Source: an uncultured Methanosarcinales archaeon (GTDB lineage Archaea; Nanobdellota; Nanobdellia; Woesearchaeales; ARS49). Taken from it: a stretch of DNA of 51,309 nucleotides. Of this stretch, positions 17,002-26,165 are shown piece by piece. The stretch's first letter is position 1; every line of letters starts with the position of its first letter. A program made the position numbers and the translations under genes. Location: positions 1 to 51,309 of the forward strand of contig CAZWVL010000009.1 of the NCBI GenBank assembly GCA_964637115.1, given 5' to 3'. The notes below the pieces were generated by a model, which had not been told where the DNA came from, ran no database searches, and saw only the letters and a program-made list of their open reading frames with translations.

Positions 17002-19413
17002 ATGGACAAATCAAAGTCTTTTATTCTTTGGTTTAACGAAATAGGAATAGAAGACATTCCGTTGGTTGGCGGCAAGAACGCTTCTTTAGGTGAGATGTAT
17101 CAGAATTTGATGAGAAAAGGAGTCAAAGTGCCGAATGGTTTTGCCATTACTGCTTATGCATATCAATATGTTCTTGAAAAGTCTGGCGCAATGAATCATC
17201 TGAAGAGTGCTTTGCGTGGTTTGAATTCCAAAAACGTTACCTCGCTTGCAGAAGCAGGAAGAAAAGCCAGGGACGTTATCATGCATTGTGATTTTCCTCC
17301 TGAGCTTGTCAAGGAAATTGTTGCTGCGTATGAGCGCTTGTCAAAGGAATATCGTGGCAGGAATGTTGACGTCGCTGTCCGCTCATCTGCAACTGCCGAA
17401 GACCTGCCTGAAGCAAGTTTTGCCGGCCAGCAGGAAACGTTCCTTAATATTCGCGGTGCGCATGAACTGTTGGATGCCTGCAAGCGTTGTTTTGCTTCTT
17501 TGTTCACCAATCGCGCGATTGCTTACCGTGCTGAGCACAAGTTCAACCACTTCAAAGTTTACTTAAGCATTGGCGTGCAGAAAATGGTTCGTTCAGATCT
17601 GGCCTGTGCTGGTGTTATGTTCACATTGGATACTGAAACCGGTTTTCAGAATGTTGTGTACATAACCGGAAGCTATGGTTTGGGTGAAAGCGTTGTGCAG
17701 GGCGCTGTAAATCCTGATGAATTTTACGTTTTTAAGCCAACGTTCAAGCAGGGTTATAAGCCGATTATCGACAAGCGCATTGGCGAAAAGGCCTCAAAAA
17801 TCATTTATGCCGAGGAAGGGACTCATCCAACGAAAAAGATTGATACTCCTTCCGAAGAAAGGAAAAAGTTTTGCTTGTCAGACGACGAAGTTCTTATGTT
17901 GGCCGAGTGGGCGATGGCTGTTGAGGATCATTACAGTCAAAAGAAGAAAAAATGGACGCCTATGGATTTGGAATGGGCAAAAGACGGCCAGACTGATGAA
18001 CTTTATGTTGTTCAGGCTCGTCCTGAAACTGTTCAATCTCAAAAAAACAGAAACATTGTGGAAGAATACAAGCTTTTGCAGAAGGGCAAGATTCTTACCA
18101 TTGGCAAGAGTGTTGGCAGCAAGATTGCAACAGGCATTGCTCACGTTATTAGGGATGTGAAAGATATCAAGCAGTTTAAGTCCGGTGAAGTGTTAGTAAC
18201 TGAGATGACTGATCCCGACTGGGTTCCAGTTATGCGCATAGCTTCCGCAATAGTTACGAACAGAGGCGGAAGAACTTCTCACGCGGCAATTGTTAGCAGG
18301 GAGCTCGGCCTGCCGTGCATTGTTGGCACGAACAACGCAACGCAAGTTGTCAAGAATGGTCAAAAAATTACTGTGAGCTGTGCAGAAGGCGAGCACGGTG
18401 TTATTTATGATGGTTATCTCAAATTTAAAGTTGATAGAATTGATATTCAGAACATGCCGAGGCCAAGAACCAAAGTCATGATGAACATTGGCAATCCTGA
18501 TGAGGCATTTGACTTGAGTTTCCTGCCGAATGATGGTGTTGGTCTTGCGCGTGAGGAGTTTATCGTCAATGAGTACATAAAAATTCACCCAATGGCACTC
18601 ATAGACTTTGAAAAAGTGCAGGATGAAGCTACCAGAGAGCAGATTGAAGAGCTTACTTCCGGCTATAAGGACAAGAAGCAGTTTTTTGTTGACAAGCTTG
18701 CTCAGGGCGTTGGCATGCTTGCCGCTGCATTTTATCCGAAAGATGTCATTCTCCGCTTTAGCGATTTCAAGACGAATGAATACGTGAATCTGATTGGCGG
18801 AAAGTACTTTGAGCCTCATGAGGAAAATCCTATGATTGGCTGGCGTGGAGCTTCCAGATACTATAAGCCAGGTTACAAGGCAGGTTTTGAGCTCGAATGC
18901 AAGGCAATCAAAAAAGTGCGTGATGAATTCGGCCTTACAAATCTGAAAGTCATGATTCCGGTTTGCAGAACGCCCGAAGAGGGGCGTAAAGTTATCCAAA
19001 TCATGAAGGAAAACGGCTTGCCTCAAGGGAAGAATGGCCTGCAAGTCTATGTTATGTGCGAAATTCCCAGCAACGTGATATTGGCAGATGAGTTTTCAAA
19101 GATTTTTGACGGTTTCAGCATTGGAAGCAACGACCTCACACAAATGACGTTGGGCGTTGACCGTGATAGTGAGCTTGTTGCAGATATTTATGACGAAAGA
19201 AACGAGGCTGTTAAGAGAATGATCGCCCATGTTATTGAAGTTGCCAAGGAGTACAAGCGCAAGATTGGCATTTGCGGCGACGCTCCTAGTTCTTTCCCGG
19301 AATTTGCCGAATTTTTGGTTGATTGCGGAATTGACAGCATCAGCTTGAGTCCTGACGCGATTGTCAAAACAAGATTAATAATTGCAAACCACGAGAAGAA
19401 AAGGCGCAGATGA
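17002..19413 (+). CDS. ppsA: Phosphoenolpyruvate synthase
   Basis: VGGKNASLGEM, AVRSSATAEDLPEASFAGQQET, RTSHAAIVSRE phospho-His motif, FSIGSNDLTQ; GAGGTG SD. Confidence 0.97.
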   Translation: MDKSKSFILWFNEIGIEDIPLVGGKNASLGEMYQNLMRKGVKVPNGFAITAYAYQYVLEKSGAMNHLKSALRGLNSKNVTSLAEAGRKARDVIMHCDFPPELVKEIVAAYERLSKEYRGRNVDVAVRSSATAEDLPEASFAGQQETFLNIRGAHELLDACKRCFASLFTNRAIAYRAEHKFNHFKVYLSIGVQKMVRSDLACAGVMFTLDTETGFQNVVYITGSYGLGESVVQGAVNPDEFYVFKPTFKQGYKPIIDKRIGEKASKIIYAEEGTHPTKKIDTPSEERKKFCLSDDEVLMLAEWAMAVEDHYSQKKKKWTPMDLEWAKDGQTDELYVVQARPETVQSQKNRNIVEEYKLLQKGKILTIGKSVGSKIATGIAHVIRDVKDIKQFKSGEVLVTEMTDPDWVPVMRIASAIVTNRGGRTSHAAIVSRELGLPCIVGTNNATQVVKNGQKITVSCAEGEHGVIYDGYLKFKVDRIDIQNMPRPRTKVMMNIGNPDEAFDLSFLPNDGVGLAREEFIVNEYIKIHPMALIDFEKVQDEATREQIEELTSGYKDKKQFFVDKLAQGVGMLAAAFYPKDVILRFSDFKTNEYVNLIGGKYFEPHEENPMIGWRGASRYYKPGYKAGFELECKAIKKVRDEFGLTNLKVMIPVCRTPEEGRKVIQIMKENGLPQGKNGLQVYVMCEIPSNVILADEFSKIFDGFSIGSNDLTQMTLGVDRDSELVADIYDERNEAVKRMIAHVIEVAKEYKRKIGICGDAPSSFPEFAEFLVDCGIDSISLSPDAIVKTRLIIANHEKKRRR

Positions 19414-19859
19414 CTGAGCTTCAAAAATTATTCGAGGAAGAGCAGGCAATTCAGCAGTCTGTTAGGAAAATTTCCGAGGGGGTTTTGGAATTGAGCGATT
19501 ATTCTCTTGCAAAGAGCGCTATTGAGCTTGCTGAAGCAGAGGTTGTGGGGAAAAGCATCCGCAAGGCGTGTGATGAAATCAGCGAGCACGTCCACAAAGC
19601 GAGAAAGGCATTGGGGGCGTTCTTGACAGACACGTCAAAAATAAAACTCAAAGGCAAAGAACGTCCGTTGCACGAAGTTGAAAACGAGCTTGCATTAATT
19701 CACGGGGACTTGGAATCAATCGGTTCTATTGCAGAGAGATTTTTTGAAGCAAAGGACAGAAAAATTGCTTTTCAGAATTTGAATCAGCATTATTCTGAAT
19801 TAATGCAGCATCTTACTTCTTTGCTTCTGGAAGAAGCGGCTCTGAAACCTCGGAATTAG
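19410..19859 (+). CDS. Hypothetical helical protein
   Basis: ATGA overlap with ppsA; amphipathic helices; no motif recognised. Confidence 0.7.
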   Translation: MTELQKLFEEEQAIQQSVRKISEGVLELSDYSLAKSAIELAEAEVVGKSIRKACDEISEHVHKARKALGAFLTDTSKIKLKGKERPLHEVENELALIHGDLESIGSIAERFFEAKDRKIAFQNLNQHYSELMQHLTSLLLEEAALKPRN

Positions 19860-19869
19860 ATAATTCCGA
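19850..19869. repeat. TCGGAA..TTCCGA palindrome family copy
   Basis: TCGGAATTA-GA-TAATTCCGA within CCTCGG...CCGATGG, the reverse complement of the 26923 and 29388 copies. Confidence 0.8.
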
Positions 19870-19875
19870 TGGTGC

Positions 19876-19919
19876 TCAAGAACTCGTAGTATTAATATGT
19901 CATTCTTACGAGTTCTTGA
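19876..19919. promoter_or_regulatory. 13-bp inverted repeat, candidate operator
   Basis: TCAAGAACTCGTA-N18-TACGAGTTCTTGA; extra CTCGTAGTA at 19935-19943 just upstream of TTTATAA (19951-19957). Confidence 0.55.
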
Positions 19920-19982
19920 CATAATAATTTACTTCTCGTAGTAACAAACATTTATAAGCCAAAAAGGTGATTTATTTTCTAT

Positions 19983-20309
19983 ATGGCATCTAGAGGACGT
20001 CCTGTTAAGTCTGAAATTAGACAAAACATCATTGAAATTCTGAATGTTATCGGCACTGCATATGGTTATTTGATTCACAAATATTACAATGAACTGTTTC
20101 CTGCATGCACCAGAGAGAACGTTTACTATAATTTGCGCAAGGGCGTGAAGCTTGGCGAATTTGAATTGGCAGAAGTCAAGCAGGAAAAGGGCGCGTATTC
20201 TTGGGGAACTGTTGTCGAGAAGAAATATTACAGAGTTGGTCCAAACGCAGTTCCTCGCGGAAATCCGAGAGTGAAGGAATTCTTTGACAAGTTGAAGCCG
20301 AGGAAATAG
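19983..20309 (+). CDS. Small winged-helix-like hypothetical protein
   Basis: IRQNIIEIL...YGYLIHKYY...TRENVYYNLRKGVKLGEF followed by a beta-wing (KKYYRVG); TATA 25 nt upstream. Confidence 0.7.
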   Translation: MASRGRPVKSEIRQNIIEILNVIGTAYGYLIHKYYNELFPACTRENVYYNLRKGVKLGEFELAEVKQEKGAYSWGTVVEKKYYRVGPNAVPRGNPRVKEFFDKLKPRK

Positions 20310-20316
20310 GCGGTTT

Positions 20317-20841
20317 TCAAATATATCTTAATACGTCCTTTGTTCTTTTTATTTTCCGGCAGGTGTGCCATCGTGCGTGATTTTTTTCATAGTCAGATGT
20401 TATGAGAAGTGCGTCTATGCCGTTTTTTCTTGCTGGCCGATAATCCCAGTCATATTTGTCTCCAACCATTAACGCCTTGCTTTTTTGAATCTTTCTTCTT
20501 TTAAGTATTTTGAGCATTATTTCGCCTTTTGATTCGCGATATGGTCTGGTTGCGTGAATTTCGTCAAAAAGTTGGTGTAGGTCGAAATGTTTTACTTTCT
20601 TTTTGAGGATTGCATCAGCTTCTTCCGGAGGATGCGGATGCGTAGAAAGAATAACGAGTACAATTCCCTTCGCGCGTAATCTCTTGATGGTTGACAGTGT
20701 TGTTGGCGTTAATATGAGATGTTTATTGGGGTCTTCTGCAGTTTCTGGTGCTTTGTATATCCACCAGGGTACTTTGGTGTATTTCGTAAGTTTAGGATAC
20801 CAAAGAGTTCCATCTCCATCGAAGAATATTATTTTTTTCAT
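20317..20841 (-). CDS. HAD-superfamily hydrolase
   Basis: IIFFDGDGTL (motif I), ILSTH, K, MVGDKYDWD. Confidence 0.92.
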   Translation of the reverse strand: MKKIIFFDGDGTLWYPKLTKYTKVPWWIYKAPETAEDPNKHLILTPTTLSTIKRLRAKGIVLVILSTHPHPPEEADAILKKKVKHFDLHQLFDEIHATRPYRESKGEIMLKILKRRKIQKSKALMVGDKYDWDYRPARKNGIDALLITSDYEKNHARWHTCRKIKRTKDVLRYI

Positions 20842-20869
20842 TGTAACCTCCTAAATATTTAGAATAAAA

Positions 20870-21760
20870 CTACTTTTCATCAATGCTCTGTAGAATAAGT
20901 AAGTCTTGTGTCGTTAACTTCTCTCCTTTTTTCATTTTTTGCTGAACTTCGTATTGTAATTCTGATAATTTTTTCCTTTTCTGTTGTTCGGTCTTGATTT
21001 TCTCTTCTTTTACTTCTTCGCCAATTTCTTTGCGCAATTCATTCAGTTTTGCAGTTTTTTCATCTAGAGGCTTTGATTTTTCGGAAATCTCTGCTTTCTT
21101 GGCTTCGATCTGTTTATTCAGTTCATTTTCTTGTTTTTTGAATCCATCTACTTTTTTGCTTAATTCCATCAGTTTTTCGTGTTTCTGCTGGGAATTCTTT
21201 GCTTTTTCTTGAATGGTGGCGTGCAGAGCATCTGCTTTGTCCTTCAGAGAATCGATATCCTTGCTCAATCCTCTGGTATCTTCCCACATTCCGCTTACTT
21301 TCTGCACTTCTTTCAATTTCTTCTCTAAATCTCTGACAATCTTCATTATCTTTTGTTCTTTGTCAAAAGAAGGCGCTTCTGTTTCGATTTGGTATTGTAA
21401 TCGCTCTATCTGTTGTTTCAATGCGCCTGGGCTTTGCCTGACGCCGTGCTTTGATTCAACTTCTTTCTTGACTACAGAGACTTTCTTGAACGCATCTATT
21501 TTCTCTTTTATCTGTTTGGCAAGCACATCTCTTTCTGCCTTGGCAGCCTTGACTTCAGAAGTAAGAGTATCCCTGTCTCGTCTTAATTCTTTTATTTCTT
21601 TGATGGAAGTAGAAATTTGTTTGCCAAGGGCGTTTCTTTGAGAAAAAACCTGTTCTTTAGAGTCTGAAATCTCTCTTAAACTCGTTCTCAGTTCCTTGAT
21701 GTCTTTTTGAAGCCCATCAATTTGGCGCTGTATCTGCTGATTCTCTTGCGTTGTCAACAT
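20870..21760 (-). CDS. Archaeal long coiled-coil protein (COG1340-like)
   Basis: Continuous heptad pattern, IETEAPSFDKEQKIM, KMKKGEKLTTQDLL. Confidence 0.8.
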   Translation of the reverse strand: MLTTQENQQIQRQIDGLQKDIKELRTSLREISDSKEQVFSQRNALGKQISTSIKEIKELRRDRDTLTSEVKAAKAERDVLAKQIKEKIDAFKKVSVVKKEVESKHGVRQSPGALKQQIERLQYQIETEAPSFDKEQKIMKIVRDLEKKLKEVQKVSGMWEDTRGLSKDIDSLKDKADALHATIQEKAKNSQQKHEKLMELSKKVDGFKKQENELNKQIEAKKAEISEKSKPLDEKTAKLNELRKEIGEEVKEEKIKTEQQKRKKLSELQYEVQQKMKKGEKLTTQDLLILQSIDEK

Positions 21761-21799
21761 TCATGTTCCCCCGGCTAACTAATGAAAACATAAAAAAAT

Positions 21800-22111
21800 T
21801 TAGCCGAAGAGTGCGCTAAGTCCTGCAGCGGCTGCTTCTTCTGATTTCTTTTCGTCCTCTGCTGACTTTTTCTTGTCTTCTTTCTTCTCGCCGGCCGGTG
21901 CTCCTGCTGCAGGTGCTGCTGCAACTGCTACTGGAGTTGCTGCTTTCTTCACGGCCTCATCGATGTTTACGCCAGAAAGGCTTGCAACAAGTGCTTTGAC
22001 GCGTGCTTCGTCTACTTTGACGCCAGCTGCTTCTAACACTTTCTTTACATTTGCCTCTTCTATTTTGTGTCCTGCTTTGTGTATGAGCAAGGCGGCATAT
22101 ATGTATTCCAT
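21800..22111 (-). CDS. rpl12: 50S ribosomal protein L12 (P1/P2)
   Basis: [11 protein letters not shown], Ala-rich hinge, [14 protein letters not shown]-terminus. Confidence 0.97.
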   Translation of the reverse strand: MEYIYAALLIHKAGHKIEEANVKKVLEAAGVKVDEARVKALVASLSGVNIDEAVKKAATPVAVAAAPAAGAPAGEKKEDKKKSAEDEKKSEEAAAAGLSALFG

Positions 22112-22179
22112 TTTTTACTACCTCCGAATGTTAATGAGGAGACCCGACAAACAAAGTTTGTCGTTGCCTCTGATGAATT

Positions 22180-23016
22180 TTATTGAACGGGATTATTCTC
22201 TGCTGGTGATTTGGCGGCGAGATCTTCAGCGAGTTCTGGAGCCGCGATGTTTCCTTCAACTCCGACTGCTTTGGCTTCTCTGTACGCCTTGGCGATGAAT
22301 ACTTCAATATTATCCTTTGTGGTGAATCCTATTTCGACTGCTACGTTAAGCGCTTCGATTGCCGCGCCTATCAAGTTGGCCATGAACTTAACTTCATCTA
22401 CGTCAAGGACTGATTTCGGATAGATAATTCCCTTTTCGTACACACACGATAAGTCCAAACCAATTTCCATTGGCTCAATGCCTAATCTTTGGAGCATGCT
22501 TGCAAGTTTTGCTTCAATGGGCTCTCCTTCTTTTACAACCAGTGCATCCTGCTTGACTGCAACCTTGCCTCCTTCAACTCCTGCCTTGATGCCTAGTGCT
22601 GCGAATTCTGAGATGACCGGTCCTGGTGTGAATGGTGTTGGTCCTGCTGGGATCGTGATGTCTCTTGGAGCTATTTGTCCTGGCTTTGCTGCTGCTGGTG
22701 TCTTGCTTTTCTTGATTATCTTGTATAATTCAAACGGATTGTCTTTCGTGAACATTAATGCAGGCATGCCTTTAATGGCTTCAATGAGTTTTTCTCCATT
22801 TTGGAGTTTCAAATCCTTCAGACCGAGCTGTATGAGTGTTTTTCTGGTCATCACAAGCTCTACCTTGCCTCTGAGTTGTTTTTTCATCTGCAACAAGTTG
22901 CCTGCTGGCATGTTTTCCATGTTGAGAATGCCGATAATTGGATATTGTTTGCCAAGTGTGACTATTTTCTTGATTATTTCTTTCTTTTCCGGTGCTGCTT
23001 TGGAGGTCTTGGCCAT
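22180..23016 (-). CDS. rplP0: 50S ribosomal protein L10 (P0)
   Basis: AKPGQIAPRDITIPAGPTPFTPGP, LQRLGIEPMEIGL. Confidence 0.96.
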   Translation of the reverse strand: MAKTSKAAPEKKEIIKKIVTLGKQYPIIGILNMENMPAGNLLQMKKQLRGKVELVMTRKTLIQLGLKDLKLQNGEKLIEAIKGMPALMFTKDNPFELYKIIKKSKTPAAAKPGQIAPRDITIPAGPTPFTPGPVISEFAALGIKAGVEGGKVAVKQDALVVKEGEPIEAKLASMLQRLGIEPMEIGLDLSCVYEKGIIYPKSVLDVDEVKFMANLIGAAIEALNVAVEIGFTTKDNIEVFIAKAYREAKAVGVEGNIAAPELAEDLAAKSPAENNPVQ

Positions 23017-23825
23017 TATGCCTCACCCTCCTGAGCTTGCTCAGGAGACCCGCCGGAACTTTGTTTCGGCGATGCCTCTTTTGCAGCTTTCTTTGTTTTC
23101 TTTGGCTTGGGTTCTTTTGCAGCTGGCGCTTCCTTTGGCGCTTCAACTTTTGGCTGGGCCACTTTAACGCCTTCTTCAGTTATTGTGACAGGCACGCTCA
23201 TTGATAGTTTGAGCATGACTGTTTTGATGTTGAATGCTTCTTGCGGCAGTTTTTGTACCACGCTGCTGTACACTGCCATCATGTTTTCTGCTATTTGTTC
23301 GTCTGCCTGGTCTTCTTTTCCTACCATTACTTTGACTGATGGCTGTAGTTTTGCAGAAACTTTGATAGTCTTGCGCAAGTTCTCAATTAATGTTTTGAGG
23401 TTTGCGTTTGGCGGAACAACACATCCTGCTTTTGGGTTTGGCATCTTTCCTCTTGGACCAAACACTCTACCGAACGTCTTTGCAACGTCTGGCATGATGT
23501 TCGCCTGTGCGATAAAGTAATCATATTGTCTTGCTATTTTCTTGACTTCTTTCTTGTTTGCTGCATAGCTTTGGAATTTGTCATGCATTATTACCAGGTC
23601 GCAGTTTGTTTTTGCCTGTTCTTGCAGTTCCGGCCCAACTAAAGCACCGATTTTTGTCGGTTTTCCTTTGTCAAACGGCAGTTTTACCCAAGTTTCGACT
23701 TGTTCTTCTGGCTTCTTTAGATCCAGATGCCTTAAATTAATGACGAAGTCGTATGTCTGTTTGAACTTTCTTTTAGGAAGAGCTTTCAGTGCTTGTATTG
23801 CTTCTATGAATTGTTTCTTATCCAT
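23016..23825 (-). CDS. rpl1: 50S ribosomal protein L1 with Lys/Ala/Glu-rich C-terminal tail
   Basis: KRKFKQTYD, DYFIAQANIMPDVAKTFGRVFGPRGKMPNPK. Confidence 0.97.
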   Translation of the reverse strand: MDKKQFIEAIQALKALPKRKFKQTYDFVINLRHLDLKKPEEQVETWVKLPFDKGKPTKIGALVGPELQEQAKTNCDLVIMHDKFQSYAANKKEVKKIARQYDYFIAQANIMPDVAKTFGRVFGPRGKMPNPKAGCVVPPNANLKTLIENLRKTIKVSAKLQPSVKVMVGKEDQADEQIAENMMAVYSSVVQKLPQEAFNIKTVMLKLSMSVPVTITEEGVKVAQPKVEAPKEAPAAKEPKPKKTKKAAKEASPKQSSGGSPEQAQEGEA

Positions 23826-23947
23826 TGTGTCTCCCTTCCACCGAGGTGGTTAAGTTATTGGGAATACTATTGAGCGACGATGGGTTGTTTATAAAGGTTT
23901 CTACAAATAGGAGAACAAAGCTTTTAGGGAATCATCAGAAAAGGTGA

Positions 23948-24544
23948 ATGAATGCGAACCAATTATGTCCTAACTGGAAAGTGGTTAAATTAGAAAAACT
24001 TATAAGCAACGGAGAATTCTTGAATGCAATGATTACGCCAGAATTTAAACCAAGAACTGTTTTCTTAAGAGGGCCCGGAGGGGACCTGGTGCCGGTAAGT
24101 TTGGAATTTTATTGTCAGAGTGGAACAGAACTTGGGTGGGATCTGATTGAACAATACAAGTTTCGTCTAAAGGGTTCTAGCGTGGGAAATACAAGCATTC
24201 GATATCATTCACTTCCCAATATCTATACTGGGAAAATGATGGCTTTCATTGAGTGGGCAGGAAAAGAGCCCAGTTACAGAATGTTGAAGGGTATTGGGGT
24301 TCACAGTGTTGCGCTCGCCATTGAACGTTCGCGCCAGCGCACATTGGACGAACGTGTCGGTCTTGAAGCGTGCTATGGTAGTGGCGAGACATGGCTGAGA
24401 ATTGGTTTCGAACCAATTCTACCCAGAGAGGAATTCCTCGAAGCCGCGAAATGGGATGGGGGTTTTGGAGCGTATGCGTTCTTGCCAAAAGCGAACGTCG
24501 GTCGTGTGGAAAAATTAATATCTGAGAATTTCCAGAAAAGATAG
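23948..24544 (+). CDS. Hypothetical protein, possibly GNAT-fold
   Basis: YRMLKGIGVHSVALAIE resembles GNAT motif A; WLRIGFEP resembles motif B. Confidence 0.45.
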   Translation: MNANQLCPNWKVVKLEKLISNGEFLNAMITPEFKPRTVFLRGPGGDLVPVSLEFYCQSGTELGWDLIEQYKFRLKGSSVGNTSIRYHSLPNIYTGKMMAFIEWAGKEPSYRMLKGIGVHSVALAIERSRQRTLDERVGLEACYGSGETWLRIGFEPILPREEFLEAAKWDGGFGAYAFLPKANVGRVEKLISENFQKR

Positions 24545-24576
24545 GGCTTAATAGCTGTGCTATTTTTTGAAAAAAT

Positions 24577-25281
24577 CTATTTCCCAAACCTTCTCTGTCT
24601 GCTCTTGTATTCTTCTATGCACGCTATGACGTCTTCTTTTTCTATTTCAGGCCAGAATTTCTCTATGAACATTAGTTCACTGTAAGTGCTCTGCCAGGGC
24701 AGGAAGTTTGATGTTCTTTGTTCTCCTCCTGTTCTGAGTATGATATCCGGGTCTGAGTTCAGCCATAGATGTTTTCCAAATTCTGCTTCATTTATGGTTG
24801 CAGGATCTAATTTTCCTTCTTTTGCTTCTTCAGCAATTTTTTGTACAGCATCTATAATCTCTTCTCTGCCGCCGTATGCCATGGCGAAATTTACTCGTTT
24901 GGGTCCATTGTCTCTGGTTGCTTCCATTACCTTATTTTGTAATTCCTGTAATTCTTTTGGCAGCATCCATCTTCTGCCGATGAAGTTGATTCTGATTCCT
25001 TTCTCTTTGAGGTCCTTTAGTTTCTCCGGCTGGAGCAGGAGCCGTACTTCTTTTTTGAAAATTTCCATCAGAAATTCAAATTCGTCTTTTGGCCTGTCAA
25101 AGTTTTGGATGGAGAAAACATAGGCGGTTATTTCTTCAATGCCGAGCTCGTGGCACCATTCCATGAATTTTCTGAATTTTTCTGCTCCCCATTCGTGTCC
25201 TTTCCACGGGTTGACCATTAATCTTTTAGCAAATCTTCTGTTTCCATCAAGAATAACCCCTATGTGTCTTGGCACGCTCAT
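24577..25281 (-). CDS. uppS: cis-prenyltransferase (polyprenyl diphosphate synthase)
   Basis: PRHIGVILDGNRRFA, GHEWG, FSIQNFDRP, RTGGEQRTSNFLPWQ. Confidence 0.96.
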   Translation of the reverse strand: MSVPRHIGVILDGNRRFAKRLMVNPWKGHEWGAEKFRKFMEWCHELGIEEITAYVFSIQNFDRPKDEFEFLMEIFKKEVRLLLQPEKLKDLKEKGIRINFIGRRWMLPKELQELQNKVMEATRDNGPKRVNFAMAYGGREEIIDAVQKIAEEAKEGKLDPATINEAEFGKHLWLNSDPDIILRTGGEQRTSNFLPWQSTYSELMFIEKFWPEIEKEDVIACIEEYKSRQRRFGK

Positions 25282-25751
25282 GTCTTCACCTGTTCAAATA
25301 AATGTACAAATTGTTCGTTGCTCAGCTTCAGTCCTGCTTCCAATACTAAAGTGGCCAGTTTTTTGGCGCTCTCGTCTGGTCTTTCTTCTGGGCTGAAAGT
25401 GAGTAATTGCTGCAAAGTGTGGTCACATAAATAGCCTTCGTTCATACCAAGTACGATTTTTTTACTATTTTGTCGTATAGTCTTGTCATCAAGATTGACA
25501 GTAATACTTTCTTGTTTTAACAAATGTCCTTCACGTACAAAACCGTGATTGGAAAGTTCTTGCGAGACTGCTTCAAGGATTGCCGGCTGTATGCCTGTTG
25601 GCAGTTCAGCCAGTCCTTCAAAAAAGCGTGTTAGCGTTGCTGTTTTGCCCAAATACTTAGAAACTCTTTGCCTGCTTCCCCAGGGTGTCCATTCGTTCTC
25701 CACCAAGTAGGCATATGGTCTTCCTTTGATTTTCTTGACGCGGACAAACAT
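25278..25751 (-). CDS. Hypothetical protein with basic beta-sheet N-terminus
   Basis: MFVRVKKIKGRPYAYLVEN...RQRVSKYLGK; ATGA overlap with uppS. Confidence 0.7.
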   Translation of the reverse strand: MFVRVKKIKGRPYAYLVENEWTPWGSRQRVSKYLGKTATLTRFFEGLAELPTGIQPAILEAVSQELSNHGFVREGHLLKQESITVNLDDKTIRQNSKKIVLGMNEGYLCDHTLQQLLTFSPEERPDESAKKLATLVLEAGLKLSNEQFVHLFEQVKT

Positions 25752-25873
25752 GTTTGTAGGCACTATGGCTCTTATTTTTATATCTTTCGAGGAACGAGTG
25801 CGACATCACGGAGTGAGGAGCACATCGTGACGAGTGTTTTGTTTTCGTATTTGCTGCTTAGAATTCAAAATTT

Positions 25874-26146
25874 TTACTTCAGTTCCTTAGCTTCTGCCTT
25901 GACTTTCTCGAGTTGTTTCTGTACTCGTTTTGCAGCTGCTTGGAGTGTTTTGCGCGGGTCAGCTCCATCTGTTTCCAGAATAAATCGTGGAACTTCAATC
26001 AATGGGTGTTCGATTGCATATGCTGCTGTTTTGACGTGTTCGTCTGAAAATAATTCTTTGCGTACTGCATTTGCAAGCGTGTGAGAATCTCCTTTGATTT
26101 CAAAGACCATTCTGTCTTTTTTATCCTCTATTATGTTGAGTTCCAT
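25874..26146 (-). CDS. rpoL: RNA polymerase subunit L (Rpo11)
   Basis: FEIKGDSHTLANAVR, AAYAIEHPLI; TTTATAAA about 25 nt upstream. Confidence 0.95.
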   Translation of the reverse strand: MELNIIEDKKDRMVFEIKGDSHTLANAVRKELFSDEHVKTAAYAIEHPLIEVPRFILETDGADPRKTLQAAAKRVQKQLEKVKAEAKELK

Positions 26147-26165
26147 GTCTTTCGCTTCCCGCCCC

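Noticed and set aside
23826-23870. L1 autoregulatory RNA site in the rpl1 leader (CCACC-TC-GGTGG hairpin)
   Set aside because: A short hairpin only; I could not match the L1-binding internal-loop consensus.
25278-25763. IS element
   Set aside because: No DDE catalytic domain, terminal inverted repeats or target duplication are visible.
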